Of a DNA stretch of 64,000 nt, positions 8,461-18,536 are shown piece after piece; within the stretch, counting starts at the first letter, position 1, and each line of letters starts with the position of its first letter. The stretch is from the sequence record SRR20825010_4291. One strand, written 5' to 3'. A program made the translations under genes and the position numbers. Under the pieces are notes generated by a model. It did no database searches, had not been told where the DNA came from, and was given only the letters and a program-made list of their open reading frames with translations.

Positions 8461-10266
8461 TTACATGCGATTTGGGACGTTGATTCCCAATAAGTCCATG
8501 TTTACCTTTATGGTTTGGGCAGCTAGAGCCGAAAGCCCAACACGGAATTTTCGTTTTTCTAAGTCGCCTTCACTGAAAATAGAGACCTCTGCGTAAAAAC
8601 GATTGTACTCTTTCGCAATGTCGTAAACGTATTGCGCGATTACCGCTGGAGAGTAATCATTTGCGGCCAAAGCCACTTTTTCTGAATACTGACTTATCGC
8701 ATAAATCAAATCTTTTTCTGTATCGTGCAAATCGCTGATTTGGCTGTAATCAATTGCAGCAATATCAATATCGAGTTGCACCGCCTTGCGTACAATCGCA
8801 CTAATTCTTGCATACGTATACTGAATAAAAGGGCCAGTGTTCCCTTGGAATTCAATCGACTCTTCAGGATTGAAAAGCATTCTCTTTTTAGGGTCTACTT
8901 TCAGTAAGAAGTACTTGATAGCACCCAAACCTAAGGTTTCGTAAAGTTTGCCTGCCTGGTCTTCTGTAAAGCCTTCAATCTTACCCAATTCTTCTGTTCT
9001 GCTTTTGGCCGTGTCGGCCATTTGCTGAATCAAATCATCAGCATCAACAACTGTTCCTTCACGCGATTTCATTTTCCCAGACGGAAGGTCTACCATACCA
9101 TAAGACAGATGATAACAGGCCTCAGCCCACTTGTATCCTAATTTCTTCAGGATAATAAAGAGCACCTTGAAGTGGTATTCTTGCTCATTTCCTACAGTGT
9201 AGATCAGCTGAGAAAGGTCTGGATAATCTTCATAACGCATAATGGCGGTACCAATATCTTGGGTCATGTATACCGAAGTGCCATCACTTCTCAATAGTAG
9301 TTTTTGATCTAAACCTTCATCCGTTAAGTCCACCCAAATGGAACCGTCTTCTTTCGAATAGAATACTCCTTTTTCAAGGCCTTCCATTACACGATCACGG
9401 CCAATGAGGTAAGTCTCACTCTCGTAATATAGCTTATCGAAATCAACGCCCATGCGTTGGTAAGTGTCTTCGAAGCCAGCATACACCCAACCGTTCATTT
9501 TTTCCCAAAGGGCATAAACTTCTGGTTCCTTGGCTTCCCATTTCAAAAGCATTTCTTGTGCCTGGATAAAAATAGGAGCCTGCTTTTCAGCGGCTTCACT
9601 ATCTATTCCTTCAGCTACGAGTTTTTTAATTTCTTCTTTATAGGCCTTATCGAAAGCCACATAGTATTTTCCTACCAAGTGGTCGCCTTTGATGCCTGCG
9701 CTTTCTGGTGTTTCACCTTCGCCAAACTTGAGCCAAGCCACCATCGACTTACAAATGTGAATACCACGATCATTGATGATCTGTACTTTCACGACTTTAT
9801 TACCATCAGCCTTTAAAATTCGAGCTACCGAATTACCCAAAAAGTTATTTCTCAGGTGGCCTAAGTGAAGAGGTTTATTGGTATTGGGTGATGAATACTC
9901 CACCACCACCGTTCTATTCTTATCTTCAATACTGAAAACAGGAGAAGCCGCTACATTTGCTCCATCGAATATTTTGGCAAACAAATCGACTTGCGATCCT
10001 TCTGAGAGTTCTAGGTTTAAAAAGCCCTTCACCACATTATAATCGGCTACAACGTTAGGAATGTTTGCCTTCAAATATTCACCAATGGCCAGGCCCGTTT
10101 GCTCAGGGTTCAGCTTAGAAATTCTTCCAAAAGGAAAAGTGACCAAGGTATATGTACCAGCAAAGTCTTTTCGTGTGGGTTGTAGAGCAATTTCTTCGGC
10201 AGAAATTGTGTGATTGTATAATGCTGCAAACGCAGCCGAGATTCCTTCTTTAATTTGTAATTCCAT
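8461..10266 (-). CDS. argS: Arginine--tRNA ligase
   Basis: EYSSPNTNKPLHLGHLRN (HIGH-type), KMKSREG, DALR-like C-terminus. Confidence 0.97.
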   Translation of the reverse strand: MELQIKEGISAAFAALYNHTISAEEIALQPTRKDFAGTYTLVTFPFGRISKLNPEQTGLAIGEYLKANIPNVVADYNVVKGFLNLELSEGSQVDLFAKIFDGANVAASPVFSIEDKNRTVVVEYSSPNTNKPLHLGHLRNNFLGNSVARILKADGNKVVKVQIINDRGIHICKSMVAWLKFGEGETPESAGIKGDHLVGKYYVAFDKAYKEEIKKLVAEGIDSEAAEKQAPIFIQAQEMLLKWEAKEPEVYALWEKMNGWVYAGFEDTYQRMGVDFDKLYYESETYLIGRDRVMEGLEKGVFYSKEDGSIWVDLTDEGLDQKLLLRSDGTSVYMTQDIGTAIMRYEDYPDLSQLIYTVGNEQEYHFKVLFIILKKLGYKWAEACYHLSYGMVDLPSGKMKSREGTVVDADDLIQQMADTAKSRTEELGKIEGFTEDQAGKLYETLGLGAIKYFLLKVDPKKRMLFNPEESIEFQGNTGPFIQYTYARISAIVRKAVQLDIDIAAIDYSQISDLHDTEKDLIYAISQYSEKVALAANDYSPAVIAQYVYDIAKEYNRFYAEVSIFSEGDLEKRKFRVGLSALAAQTIKVNMDLLGINVPNRM

Positions 10267-10268
10267 TC

Positions 10269-11219
10269 CTAGAAATTCTGAATCAATGACGCAGTGGTAG
10301 CTTCGAGAATTTCGAAAGCGTTATTAGCCATTCTGTTTTCGGTGTCCAAAGTTGGGTTAACCTCTACGATTTCCCAACAACAAACACGCTTATCTTTGAT
10401 TAATTCGATGTTTAACTCTAATGCTTGCTCCTTTGTAAGTCCTTCAGGAACGGGTGTGCCAGTTCCTACAGAAATGGAAGTATCTAAACTGTCTACGTCA
10501 AAAGAAATATAAATCTGATCACAGTCTTTTAAAATTTCCAAAGCTTCTTTAGACACTTGATGAATGCCTTTTTCGGTCACCTCGGCAGTAGTGAAATTCT
10601 TAATGCCATGCTTCTTCATCAAGAAATCTTCGGGAGACTCAGTATCTCTAACTCCTATAAAAACCACATCTTCAGGTTTCATTTTGGGGCCACGCATACC
10701 AATAGATTTAATCCGTTCCCAAAGGGCTTCTGTTTCTTCCTCAATATCGTTTTGCTCACATTCAATATTGTCGATAGCCGTGGCCATGGCCAAAGGCATA
10801 CCGTGCATATTGCCCGAAGGCGTGGTGTATGGAGAATGGAAATCGGCATGGGCGTCAATCCATATGGCGCCCAAGCGTTTGTCTGGATCGGCCTTTTTTA
10901 TACCAGCAATTGTACCAGCCGCAGTTGAGTGATCACCCGCCAATACAATTGGAAATAGCCCTTCTGCACGAAGGTCACTTATGGCATCACATACTCTTTT
11001 GAGTACAGTGTAAACGCCTTCACCGTATTTGGCATTTTTGAACTTTGGCTCTCGAAACAACTGATCATTTTCATTCTTCACCCTGATAGGCTGAAAACGT
11101 AAAAAGAAATCGGAATGCTGACTTAAGCTAGCCACTTTCATGGCGTCAATCCCCAAACTAGCACCTCTGGTACCCGCTGCCAACTCTGACCTTACCTCAA
11201 CTAAGCGAATCTTTCTCAT
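10269..11219 (-). CDS. Arginase / ureohydrolase family Mn enzyme
   Basis: AGDHS, DAHADF, SGNMHGMP, SFDVDSLD, GTGTP, EVNP motifs. Confidence 0.9.
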   Translation of the reverse strand: MRKIRLVEVRSELAAGTRGASLGIDAMKVASLSQHSDFFLRFQPIRVKNENDQLFREPKFKNAKYGEGVYTVLKRVCDAISDLRAEGLFPIVLAGDHSTAAGTIAGIKKADPDKRLGAIWIDAHADFHSPYTTPSGNMHGMPLAMATAIDNIECEQNDIEEETEALWERIKSIGMRGPKMKPEDVVFIGVRDTESPEDFLMKKHGIKNFTTAEVTEKGIHQVSKEALEILKDCDQIYISFDVDSLDTSISVGTGTPVPEGLTKEQALELNIELIKDKRVCCWEIVEVNPTLDTENRMANNAFEILEATTASLIQNF

Positions 11220-11234
11220 CTTGTTGTTCTTTAA

Positions 11235-12215
11235 TTACCAACCTAATACGTAAGCAAAAACCAATGGTGCTACAATTGTAGCATCTGATTCAATAATGTA
11301 CTTAGGTGTATCCATGTCTAGTTTTCCCCAAGTAATTTTTTCATTCGGAACTGCCCCAGAATACGAACCGTAGCTTGTGGTAGAGTCAGATATTTGGCAG
11401 AAATAACTCCAAAAAGGAATTTTATCCATTTCCATATCTTGGTAAAGCATTGGCACCACACAAATTGGAAAATCACCTGCGATACCTCCACCAATTTGGA
11501 AGAAGCCCACTCCTTTTCCTTCTGAATTTTTTACGTACCAATCAGCCAAGAATGTCATGTATTCAATACCCGACTTCATAGTTGAAGCTTTTAACTCACC
11601 TTTTATGCAGTAGGAAGCAAAAATATTCCCCATAGTAGAATCTTCCCAGCCAGGAACAATGATTGGAATGTTCTTTTGGGCCGCGGCTAACATCCAGCTG
11701 TTGGCCGGATCGATTTCGTAAAATTGTTCCAAATCACCAGAAAGCAACATTTTGTACATGTACTCATGTGGCAAAAACCTCTCTCCTGCTTCTTCGGCAC
11801 CTTTCCATTGCTTAAATATTTTAGACTGTAAGCGTCTAAATGCTTCTTCTTCTGGAATACATGTATCCGTAACACGGTTCAAACCTTGTTCTAATAAATC
11901 CCACTCATCTTGTGGGGTTAAATCTCTGTAATTCGGAACTCTTTTGTAGTGTGAGTGCGCCACAAGGTTCATAATATCCTCTTCTAGATTGGCACCTGTA
12001 CATGAAATAATGGCCACCTTATCTTGACGAATCATTTCAGCAAACGATTTACCTAATTCAGCGGTGCTCATTGCACCTGCAAGTGTCACCATCATTTTTC
12101 CGTCTTCGGCCAAGTGCTTATTATAGCCTTTGGCGGCATCAACTAAGCTGGCAGCGTTAAAATGGAGGTAATGCTTTTCAATAAAATCGGATATCGGTTT
12201 CTGAGACATATTCAT
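11235..12215 (-). CDS. Deoxyhypusine synthase-like protein (candidate homospermidine-forming enzyme)
   Basis: LAGAMS, TGANLEED, NRVTD, GGG, GSYSGA.PNEKITWGK (conserved active-site Lys), ESDATIVAPL. Confidence 0.9.
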   Translation of the reverse strand: MNMSQKPISDFIEKHYLHFNAASLVDAAKGYNKHLAEDGKMMVTLAGAMSTAELGKSFAEMIRQDKVAIISCTGANLEEDIMNLVAHSHYKRVPNYRDLTPQDEWDLLEQGLNRVTDTCIPEEEAFRRLQSKIFKQWKGAEEAGERFLPHEYMYKMLLSGDLEQFYEIDPANSWMLAAAQKNIPIIVPGWEDSTMGNIFASYCIKGELKASTMKSGIEYMTFLADWYVKNSEGKGVGFFQIGGGIAGDFPICVVPMLYQDMEMDKIPFWSYFCQISDSTTSYGSYSGAVPNEKITWGKLDMDTPKYIIESDATIVAPLVFAYVLGW

Positions 12216-12563
12216 TTAATTTTTTGACGGTTCTAATTAGACTCAAATCGGTCATAGAACGGTCTGCAATTTGCTAAAATTCGTTGACTATTTCATATTG
12301 AAAGTCCATTCTCTGCTGGGCCTATAAACACAGTATGTATTACAAGTACTGAAAAAGAAGTATGGGAAGCAGAATAGCGTTACAAACGATTTATTCTCAA
12401 TTAATTAGCAATGAACACAAAACAGACACTCAAAAGCAAAGAAGCATTATCAAGTGCCAGCTCATTTTTTTTACTTTATGAATTAACATTTGATTGGCAA
12501 GCTTTCTTTTAAAAGTTTAGAAATTTCTAATATTGCAGCTTTCGAATTTTGTAAAAGCGGTAG

Positions 12564-13949
12564 ATGAAAAGTTATTTCGACCTTATTGACCAGACCTTTG
12601 ATTTTCCAACAGAAGAGTTTAAGGTAAATGGTAAGTACTTAGAGTTTCATGATGTTCCATTAAAGGACATTATTAAAGAACACGGAACGCCCCTGAGGCT
12701 GACTTATCTCCCCAAGATTTCGGAAAACATACAGAAAGCCAGAAAATGGTTCGAAAATTCAATTAAGAAGCATAAATATCAAGGGGATTATACTTATTGC
12801 TACTGTACCAAGTCATCTCATTTTAGCTTCGTATTAGACGAAACGATCAAAAATGGCTGCCAATTAGAAACTTCTTCTGCCTTCGATATTCCAATCATAA
12901 GAAGTCTTCATGCGAAAGGAAAAATTGATAAAGACATTCTAATTATATGCAACGGTTTTAAGCGACCGCTTTACACACAGTATATTTCTGAGTTGATCAA
13001 TGACGGATTTACCAATTGTATACCTGTTCTGGACAACATGAATGAGCTAGATGTATACAAGGATTTGATCGAAGATGATTTCCAAGTGGCACTTCGTGTA
13101 GCAGCCGATGAAGAACCTAATTTTGAGTTCTATACCTCGCGCTTGGGAATTCGCTATGGCGACATTACAGATTATTACAAAGAGCACATTGAAGGTAGCC
13201 GGGCTACATTGAAAATGCTTCACTTCTTTATCAATACTGGCATTAAAGACACCGCTTACTACTGGAGTGAGTTGAGCCGCTTTATGTACAAGTATTGTGA
13301 GCTTAAAAAGATATGCCCATCGTTGGACACAGTTGATATTGGTGGTGGTTTCCCTATTAAAACTTCGCTTACTTTCGAATACGACTACCAATATATGGTA
13401 GATCAAATCATAGAAAACATCAAGTGGATTTGTAACAAAAGCAATGTACCTGTCCCTAATATTGTTACTGAATTTGGAAGCTTTACTGTCGGTGAAAGTG
13501 GTGCATTTATCTACTCTATCCTTGATCAGAAACTACAGAATGATAAAGAGCTTTGGTATATGATTGATGGTTCTTTCATTACTCATTTGCCTGATGCTTG
13601 GGGCTTGAGCCAAAAGTATATTCTACTGGCTATCAACAAATGGGATCATCCTTTCCATAAAGTGAATATGGGCGGACTCACTTGCGACAGTATGGATTAT
13701 TATAACTCTGAAGCGCATACCTCTGAAGTGTTTATGCCGCTGATTGAAGAAGATGAAAACCTATATGTTGGCTTCTTCCATACTGGCGCTTATCAGGAAT
13801 CATTGGGCGGTTATGGCGGAATTCAACATTGCTTGATTCCTGCCCCTAAACACGTTTTGATTGACCATGATGAAAATGGAAAAATCAGAAGTCGAGTGTT
13901 TGCAGCAGAGCAAGTGGAAGAGAGTATGCTGAAGATTTTAGGCTACTAA
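12564..13949 (+). CDS. speA: Arginine decarboxylase (alanine-racemase fold, Bacteroidota short form)
   Basis: YCTKS PLP lysine, CNGFK, DIGGGFP, EFGSF, TCDSMD, TGAYQESLGG. Confidence 0.85.
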   Translation: MKSYFDLIDQTFDFPTEEFKVNGKYLEFHDVPLKDIIKEHGTPLRLTYLPKISENIQKARKWFENSIKKHKYQGDYTYCYCTKSSHFSFVLDETIKNGCQLETSSAFDIPIIRSLHAKGKIDKDILIICNGFKRPLYTQYISELINDGFTNCIPVLDNMNELDVYKDLIEDDFQVALRVAADEEPNFEFYTSRLGIRYGDITDYYKEHIEGSRATLKMLHFFINTGIKDTAYYWSELSRFMYKYCELKKICPSLDTVDIGGGFPIKTSLTFEYDYQYMVDQIIENIKWICNKSNVPVPNIVTEFGSFTVGESGAFIYSILDQKLQNDKELWYMIDGSFITHLPDAWGLSQKYILLAINKWDHPFHKVNMGGLTCDSMDYYNSEAHTSEVFMPLIEEDENLYVGFFHTGAYQESLGGYGGIQHCLIPAPKHVLIDHDENGKIRSRVFAAEQVEESMLKILGY

Positions 13950-14015
13950 AAAGGTTTTCAAGTGTTGGGGTATTGAAGTGCGGAAGTACTTGAGTACTTG
14001 ACGAAAAATAGAAAT

Positions 14016-14052
14016 GGGGACTAGGTTGCATTTGCAGCTTAGTCCCCGTTTT
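14016..14052. terminator. Probable bidirectional intrinsic terminator between speA and the arsC-like gene
   Basis: GGGGACTAGGTTGCA-TT-TGCAGCTTAGTCCCC stem with A-rich 5' flank and T-rich 3' flank. Confidence 0.7.
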
Positions 14053-14068
14053 AGTTTTAACCTACTCC

Positions 14069-14410
14069 TCAAAGTAAGGCCTTCACATTTTCTGGTGGGC
14101 GACCTAAAACGGCTCTATCTCCTTTCACTACAATTGGTCTTTCAATAAGCTTAGGATATTCTACCATCGCAGCAATCCATTCGTCTTCGGTTAAGGTTTC
14201 ACCCTTGAATTGCTCTTTGTAAATGGCCTCTGATTTACGTACGATTACCTCCGCCTTCATTCCTAACTTTTTAAGAATATCACGTAATTGATCTTCCGAA
14301 GGTGTTTCTTTCAAATACTCTACAATCGTGAGCATCTCACCACTTTCTTCAATTAACTGAAGCGTCTGCCGACTTTTTTGACATTGGGGGTTATGATATA
14401 TTTTCAACAT
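14069..14410 (-). CDS. arsC: ArsC/Spx family (glutaredoxin-dependent arsenate reductase-like) protein
   Basis: IYHNPQCQKSR, YLKETP, PKLIERPIV, GRPPE. Confidence 0.88.
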   Translation of the reverse strand: MLKIYHNPQCQKSRQTLQLIEESGEMLTIVEYLKETPSEDQLRDILKKLGMKAEVIVRKSEAIYKEQFKGETLTEDEWIAAMVEYPKLIERPIVVKGDRAVLGRPPENVKALL

Positions 14411-14502
14411 ATTTTCAGGTTTTGAATTTCAAATTAAGCAATTTTAAAGAGTGCTGTTTATTTAAAGAACCAGCTTGATCTATACACTTCAAAAATAGAA
14501 AT

Positions 14503-15036
14503 ATGACCGCTGACTTACGTTATCCAATTGGAAAATTTGATCCTCCAGCTAATATTACGGCTTCTGATATTCAGGGATACATCCAAAGAATTAAGAATAC
14601 TCCTGAAAAACTCAAAAAAGCGATTGAAGGTTTAACAGAAGAGCAACTCAACACGCCATATCGCCCTGAAGGCTGGACTGCAAGGCAGGTAATTCATCAT
14701 GTGGCAGACAGTCATATGAATGCCTATATCCGCTTCCATTGGGCTTTAACGGAAGATGCTCCTCGCATAAAAGCCTATGACGAACAAGCTTGGGCAAAAT
14801 TGCCTTATCAGGAGGAAGTTCCTTTGGAAGTTTCTTTAAACCTAATTGCAAACCTCCATGAGCGTTGGGTGCATTTACTTAAGAGTATGTCGGAAGGAGA
14901 GTTTAACAGAACTTACATTCATCCAGTAGGAGAAAAAGTTTATGTACTTAGAAAAGTAGCGGCTATGTATGCTTGGCATGGCGACCACCACATCGCACAT
15001 ATTACCTCACTAAGAGAAAGAATGGGTTGGAAATAG
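14503..15036 (+). CDS. YfiT/BstA family (DinB superfamily) bacillithiol transferase-like metalloprotein
   Basis: DLRYPIG, YRPEGWT.RQVIHHVADSH, YAWHGDHHIAHI. Confidence 0.88.
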   Translation: MTADLRYPIGKFDPPANITASDIQGYIQRIKNTPEKLKKAIEGLTEEQLNTPYRPEGWTARQVIHHVADSHMNAYIRFHWALTEDAPRIKAYDEQAWAKLPYQEEVPLEVSLNLIANLHERWVHLLKSMSEGEFNRTYIHPVGEKVYVLRKVAAMYAWHGDHHIAHITSLRERMGWK

Positions 15037-15044
15037 GCAATCAA

Positions 15045-15126
15045 AACTCTCCAAGAGTTATTATTCAATTGGCTACTGTCTTTGCTTTCATAAGAAGGTG
15101 CTTAAATCACAAACTCTTGGAGAGTT
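15045..15126. repeat. REPIN-like inverted doublet, copy 1
   Basis: AACTCTCCAAGAGTT (15045-15059) and AACTCTTGGAGAGTT (15112-15126), 52-bp spacer. Confidence 0.8.
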
Positions 15127-15206
15127 AATTCAGTTTTGAAATAGCTTTTGGTACTTTAGTACGAGCTTCCAATTCAAAGAAATAAGCAGCTTTAAAAAAC
15201 GAAAAT

Positions 15207-15596
15207 ATGAGCAATAGCAAAAAATTAATTTACGGAACCGTTGGCTGGTTTGATTTAACCGTGCCAAATGCCACAGAGGTGAAAGATTTTTACGCCAAAG
15301 TAACGGAATGGAAGCCTGAGCCAGTTTCGATGGGTGATTATGATGACTACAACATGACGGTTGATGGAGAACCTAAAGCTGGTGTTTGCCATAAGCGCGG
15401 TGGCAACAGTGATATTCCATCACAATGGATGATGTACATCAATGTAAGAGATTTGGATCAAAGCAGATCGGAATGTATAACAAACGGTGGTAAGTTGGTT
15501 ACCGACATTAAGAGTGCTGGCAGTATGGGACGCTACTGCTTTATTGAAGACCCTGCTGGTGCAGTTTGTGCCCTTTTTGAGCCTAAGGAACCCTGA
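15207..15596 (+). CDS. VOC/glyoxalase family protein
   Basis: GWFDLTV, FY..V..W, WMMYINV.DLD, IEDPAGA. Confidence 0.88.
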   Translation: MSNSKKLIYGTVGWFDLTVPNATEVKDFYAKVTEWKPEPVSMGDYDDYNMTVDGEPKAGVCHKRGGNSDIPSQWMMYINVRDLDQSRSECITNGGKLVTDIKSAGSMGRYCFIEDPAGAVCALFEPKEP

Positions 15597-15662
15597 AATG
15601 ACCAAGCAAGTATTAGTCTACTATAAAAAAATCTTCGTAAATTCATTTTTTAAAGACATCCT

Positions 15663-16466
15663 ATGAAAGCTCTTTTCCCACTTGTATTTCTATTTTTTGG
15701 GTTTAAACCCACCTCAGAACCAGCCTGCATTACCTGTGATCAAAACCGAGATTACCTATGCGCTTCCAATACTTTGGCCATGAATTCTCGCTTGTGTATG
15801 GACATGTCAGAAGTGTCTGGGCAGATGTATAAAGTCTTTTTATTAGACCTGAAGAAGCAGCATGGAGAAAAGTCAGACGAATACACTTCCAACCTACCCG
15901 ATTGGGAGATCTGGAAAGAGCTTCACCCTGTTAAAACAGCCCCAGAAATTTCAAAGCTATTCTTTGAGACTACCACTTTTTCCTTAGCCCCTATGGTAGG
16001 TATTAGCTATGACCAAGCAGTCGTGTTTACAAAATGGCGTACGGAAGCTTTCAAAAAAGAGCTTGAAGGCATGAAGGAAAAAGAAAGAGAGGCCTTCCCT
16101 AAAAAATTTGAATTTAGATTACCCACGCCTGGTGAATGGTCTAGGATGAGGTTTATGAACCAAGATAAAGGACTGCTTAAACAAGTAAGCAAAATCACCG
16201 ATGCTTATAAGAAAGAATTCAAAATCGATAAAAATGAATTCTTGAATAATAGTACTACGGTTCACAATGTTTTTTCAACTATGGATGAAAAATTGGGGCT
16301 CTTTGGTTTACACGACAATGTAGCAGAAATGACTTCTGAAAAAGGAGTAGCCATGGGCGCAAGCTGGAACAACAAAAGCACTGAAGCAGATTTCATGAAA
16401 ACATCAGAATTCACTACTCCTCAAGCTTGGTTAGGTTTCAGGTGTATTTTTGAAATTATTCAATAG
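15663..16466 (+). CDS. Secreted FGE-sulfatase (SUMF1/GldK-like) domain protein
   Basis: Signal-like N-terminus; SEVS, PMVGISYDQA..F.KW, FRLPT..EW, NVAEMT, LGFRC. Confidence 0.75.
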   Translation: MKALFPLVFLFFGFKPTSEPACITCDQNRDYLCASNTLAMNSRLCMDMSEVSGQMYKVFLLDLKKQHGEKSDEYTSNLPDWEIWKELHPVKTAPEISKLFFETTTFSLAPMVGISYDQAVVFTKWRTEAFKKELEGMKEKEREAFPKKFEFRLPTPGEWSRMRFMNQDKGLLKQVSKITDAYKKEFKIDKNEFLNNSTTVHNVFSTMDEKLGLFGLHDNVAEMTSEKGVAMGASWNNKSTEADFMKTSEFTTPQAWLGFRCIFEIIQ

Positions 16467-16471
16467 GTCAA

Positions 16472-17881
16472 TTACTTCCTCAGCTGCTCAAACATCCCCA
16501 TTAAATCCTCCTCAGAGAAAACCTGAGCACCCAATACAAGCCTGTTGATCGCTTGAGTGTTGGCTATATTTTCTAAAGGATTGGCATTAAGAATAAGTAG
16601 ATCAGAAGATTTACCGACCTCCACCGAACCATAAAAACCCTCCATTCTCATAAATTTTGCTCCGTTAATGGTCGCAGTGCGAAGTGCTTCGGCAGGCGTT
16701 AAACCAGCCGCTACCAGAGCTTGTAATTCAAGGTGCAACGAAAGACCTTGATACACATAGGAATTGGACGCTCCAGAATCGGAACCCGCCAAAAGCGAAA
16801 CGCCAGCGGCCTGCATTTTAGGGATCAGCTTTTCGAAAGTACTGTTCAGTTCATGTCTTTCTGCAATGGCATTTTCATTCGCACGCATCGCAGACCTTAC
16901 TCTTCCCTGATAAGTTTTAATAATTCCATCGCCTACATAGTTAAGGTACTCGTCATTCTCATGATTGTCCCTGTCTAAATAGGAAAGCGTATTTCCGATA
17001 TGCTTGGTAGGTACTACGTAAGTATTGTTGCTTTTCAGCATCTCAAAAACTGTATTGGCTTGTGCCTCATCATAGGTGGCAATCAGCTTATCCATGGAAC
17101 CCCAAAAGCCAGCCTTGCCGTCTATTACATCTTGTGTTATTTCTTTTTCTTGAGTCGAAGCCCCTTTGAGTATATAATAAAGGTGCTCCACAGAACCCAG
17201 CCCAGCATTGACTGCGTCTTCCAACATCACAGTAAAAGGCATATGACCCGAAGTGGTAATTCCTCGCCTTTTCGCTTCTTCAATAATCCAGATATAAGCT
17301 TCTTTCGAAATAGTGCTGTCGTAAATTTTGATAAAGTCAACACCCATACTTTCGAGAGAATCCACACCTTGAATTACTTCTGTCTTGGTTGTCACAGGAA
17401 TTGAACCCGCCCAAGTTCCGCGTGGGCCATCTAGCTTTGGTCCCGAAGTAAAAATCACTGGCCCAACAAGACTACCAGCTTTTATATCTTCTCTCCACTT
17501 AAAAATTTCAGAAGTCATATCACCCCCTGCTTCGCGAACGCCAGTGACGCCATTGGCAATAAATAAGGGAAGCAGATTCTTGTTCTCTTGTATTAATTCT
17601 TCTCCACCTCTAAAATGCACATGCATGTCCCAGAGCCCGGGAATAACAAATTTATCGGTGGCGTCAATAGTTTTGGCAGCATTATAATCATTATTATTTC
17701 CTGCTTCGCGAACAAAAATGATGGTGTCATTTCGAATACCAATTTGCTGATTGGACATCGTTTGACCCGTTTTCACATCCACTACATTAGCGTGATCGAT
17801 TAGCAGATCAAGCTTTGTTTTTTCAATATTGGAACAAGAAAAAAGAAAGGCAAGAAGGAATAATAGAGATAGTTTTTTCAT
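16472..17881 (-). CDS. Amidohydrolase family lipoprotein
   Basis: Lipobox LFSC after MKKL (ATG 17881); PGLWDMHVH, EH, LLAGSD, ATINGA, DLLILNANPL. Confidence 0.88.
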   Translation of the reverse strand: MKKLSLLFLLAFLFSCSNIEKTKLDLLIDHANVVDVKTGQTMSNQQIGIRNDTIIFVREAGNNNDYNAAKTIDATDKFVIPGLWDMHVHFRGGEELIQENKNLLPLFIANGVTGVREAGGDMTSEIFKWREDIKAGSLVGPVIFTSGPKLDGPRGTWAGSIPVTTKTEVIQGVDSLESMGVDFIKIYDSTISKEAYIWIIEEAKRRGITTSGHMPFTVMLEDAVNAGLGSVEHLYYILKGASTQEKEITQDVIDGKAGFWGSMDKLIATYDEAQANTVFEMLKSNNTYVVPTKHIGNTLSYLDRDNHENDEYLNYVGDGIIKTYQGRVRSAMRANENAIAERHELNSTFEKLIPKMQAAGVSLLAGSDSGASNSYVYQGLSLHLELQALVAAGLTPAEALRTATINGAKFMRMEGFYGSVEVGKSSDLLILNANPLENIANTQAINRLVLGAQVFSEEDLMGMFEQLRK

Positions 17882-18033
17882 AGTCAGGTTTCTGAATAAC
17901 ACCCTAACCTATTCATTATTAAGAAGCTCTGAAATAGCTATTTTTTGAATGGCAATGTTTGAGTAGTTAGTATCTAGTATTTAGTACCTAGAAATGGGCG
18001 AATTGAAGAGTTGAAGATTCCACTTGGCTTTCC

Positions 18034-18510
18034 TTATCCTTTTGGTATCCTCTTCAATCTCAGCCTATAAAACAACGTATCAATGGGGTTTCTCAAAAAA
18101 TCCGTGGGAAGTTCCTTTTCATCAATTTGCTGAAATCCATGTTTTTGGTAGAAGCTTTGCGCAGCTTTAAATTGAGTCATCGTACCTAAATAGATCCACT
18201 CAAGCTGATTTTTCTCTGATTCATCGATAGCAGTTTGGAGTAACAGTTTTGCAACATTGTGAACCGTGCCCCTAAACTCCTTTTTGAGCATCACCTTCTT
18301 TAAAATCCCATACTCATGATTAATGATCATCAAGGCGATAGTCCCAATCACTTCCCCATCGTACGTGGCTACCCAATACTTATCGGGAAAAACAACTGAA
18401 TTGCTTTTTTGCCCACCCATAATAGGCTCGATAAACGCTTCTGCAATTTCTTGCATCATGCTATCAATACCCGCCTGATATTTTGATTCGTATGGAACAA
18501 TATCGATCAT
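18034..18510 (-). CDS. GNAT family N-acetyltransferase
   Basis: VIGTIAL, EFRG..VAKLLL, IYLGT, AAQSFYQKHGF. Confidence 0.88.
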   Translation of the reverse strand: MIDIVPYESKYQAGIDSMMQEIAEAFIEPIMGGQKSNSVVFPDKYWVATYDGEVIGTIALMIINHEYGILKKVMLKKEFRGTVHNVAKLLLQTAIDESEKNQLEWIYLGTMTQFKAAQSFYQKHGFQQIDEKELPTDFLRNPIDTLFYRLRLKRIPKG

Positions 18511-18536
18511 ATGATTTTCTAATACGAAGAGGAAAT

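Noticed and set aside
12216-12563. Long intergenic gap as a possible riboswitch or sRNA
   Set aside because: No convincing stems or known motif seen by eye; two divergent promoters can explain its length. An Rfam scan would settle it.
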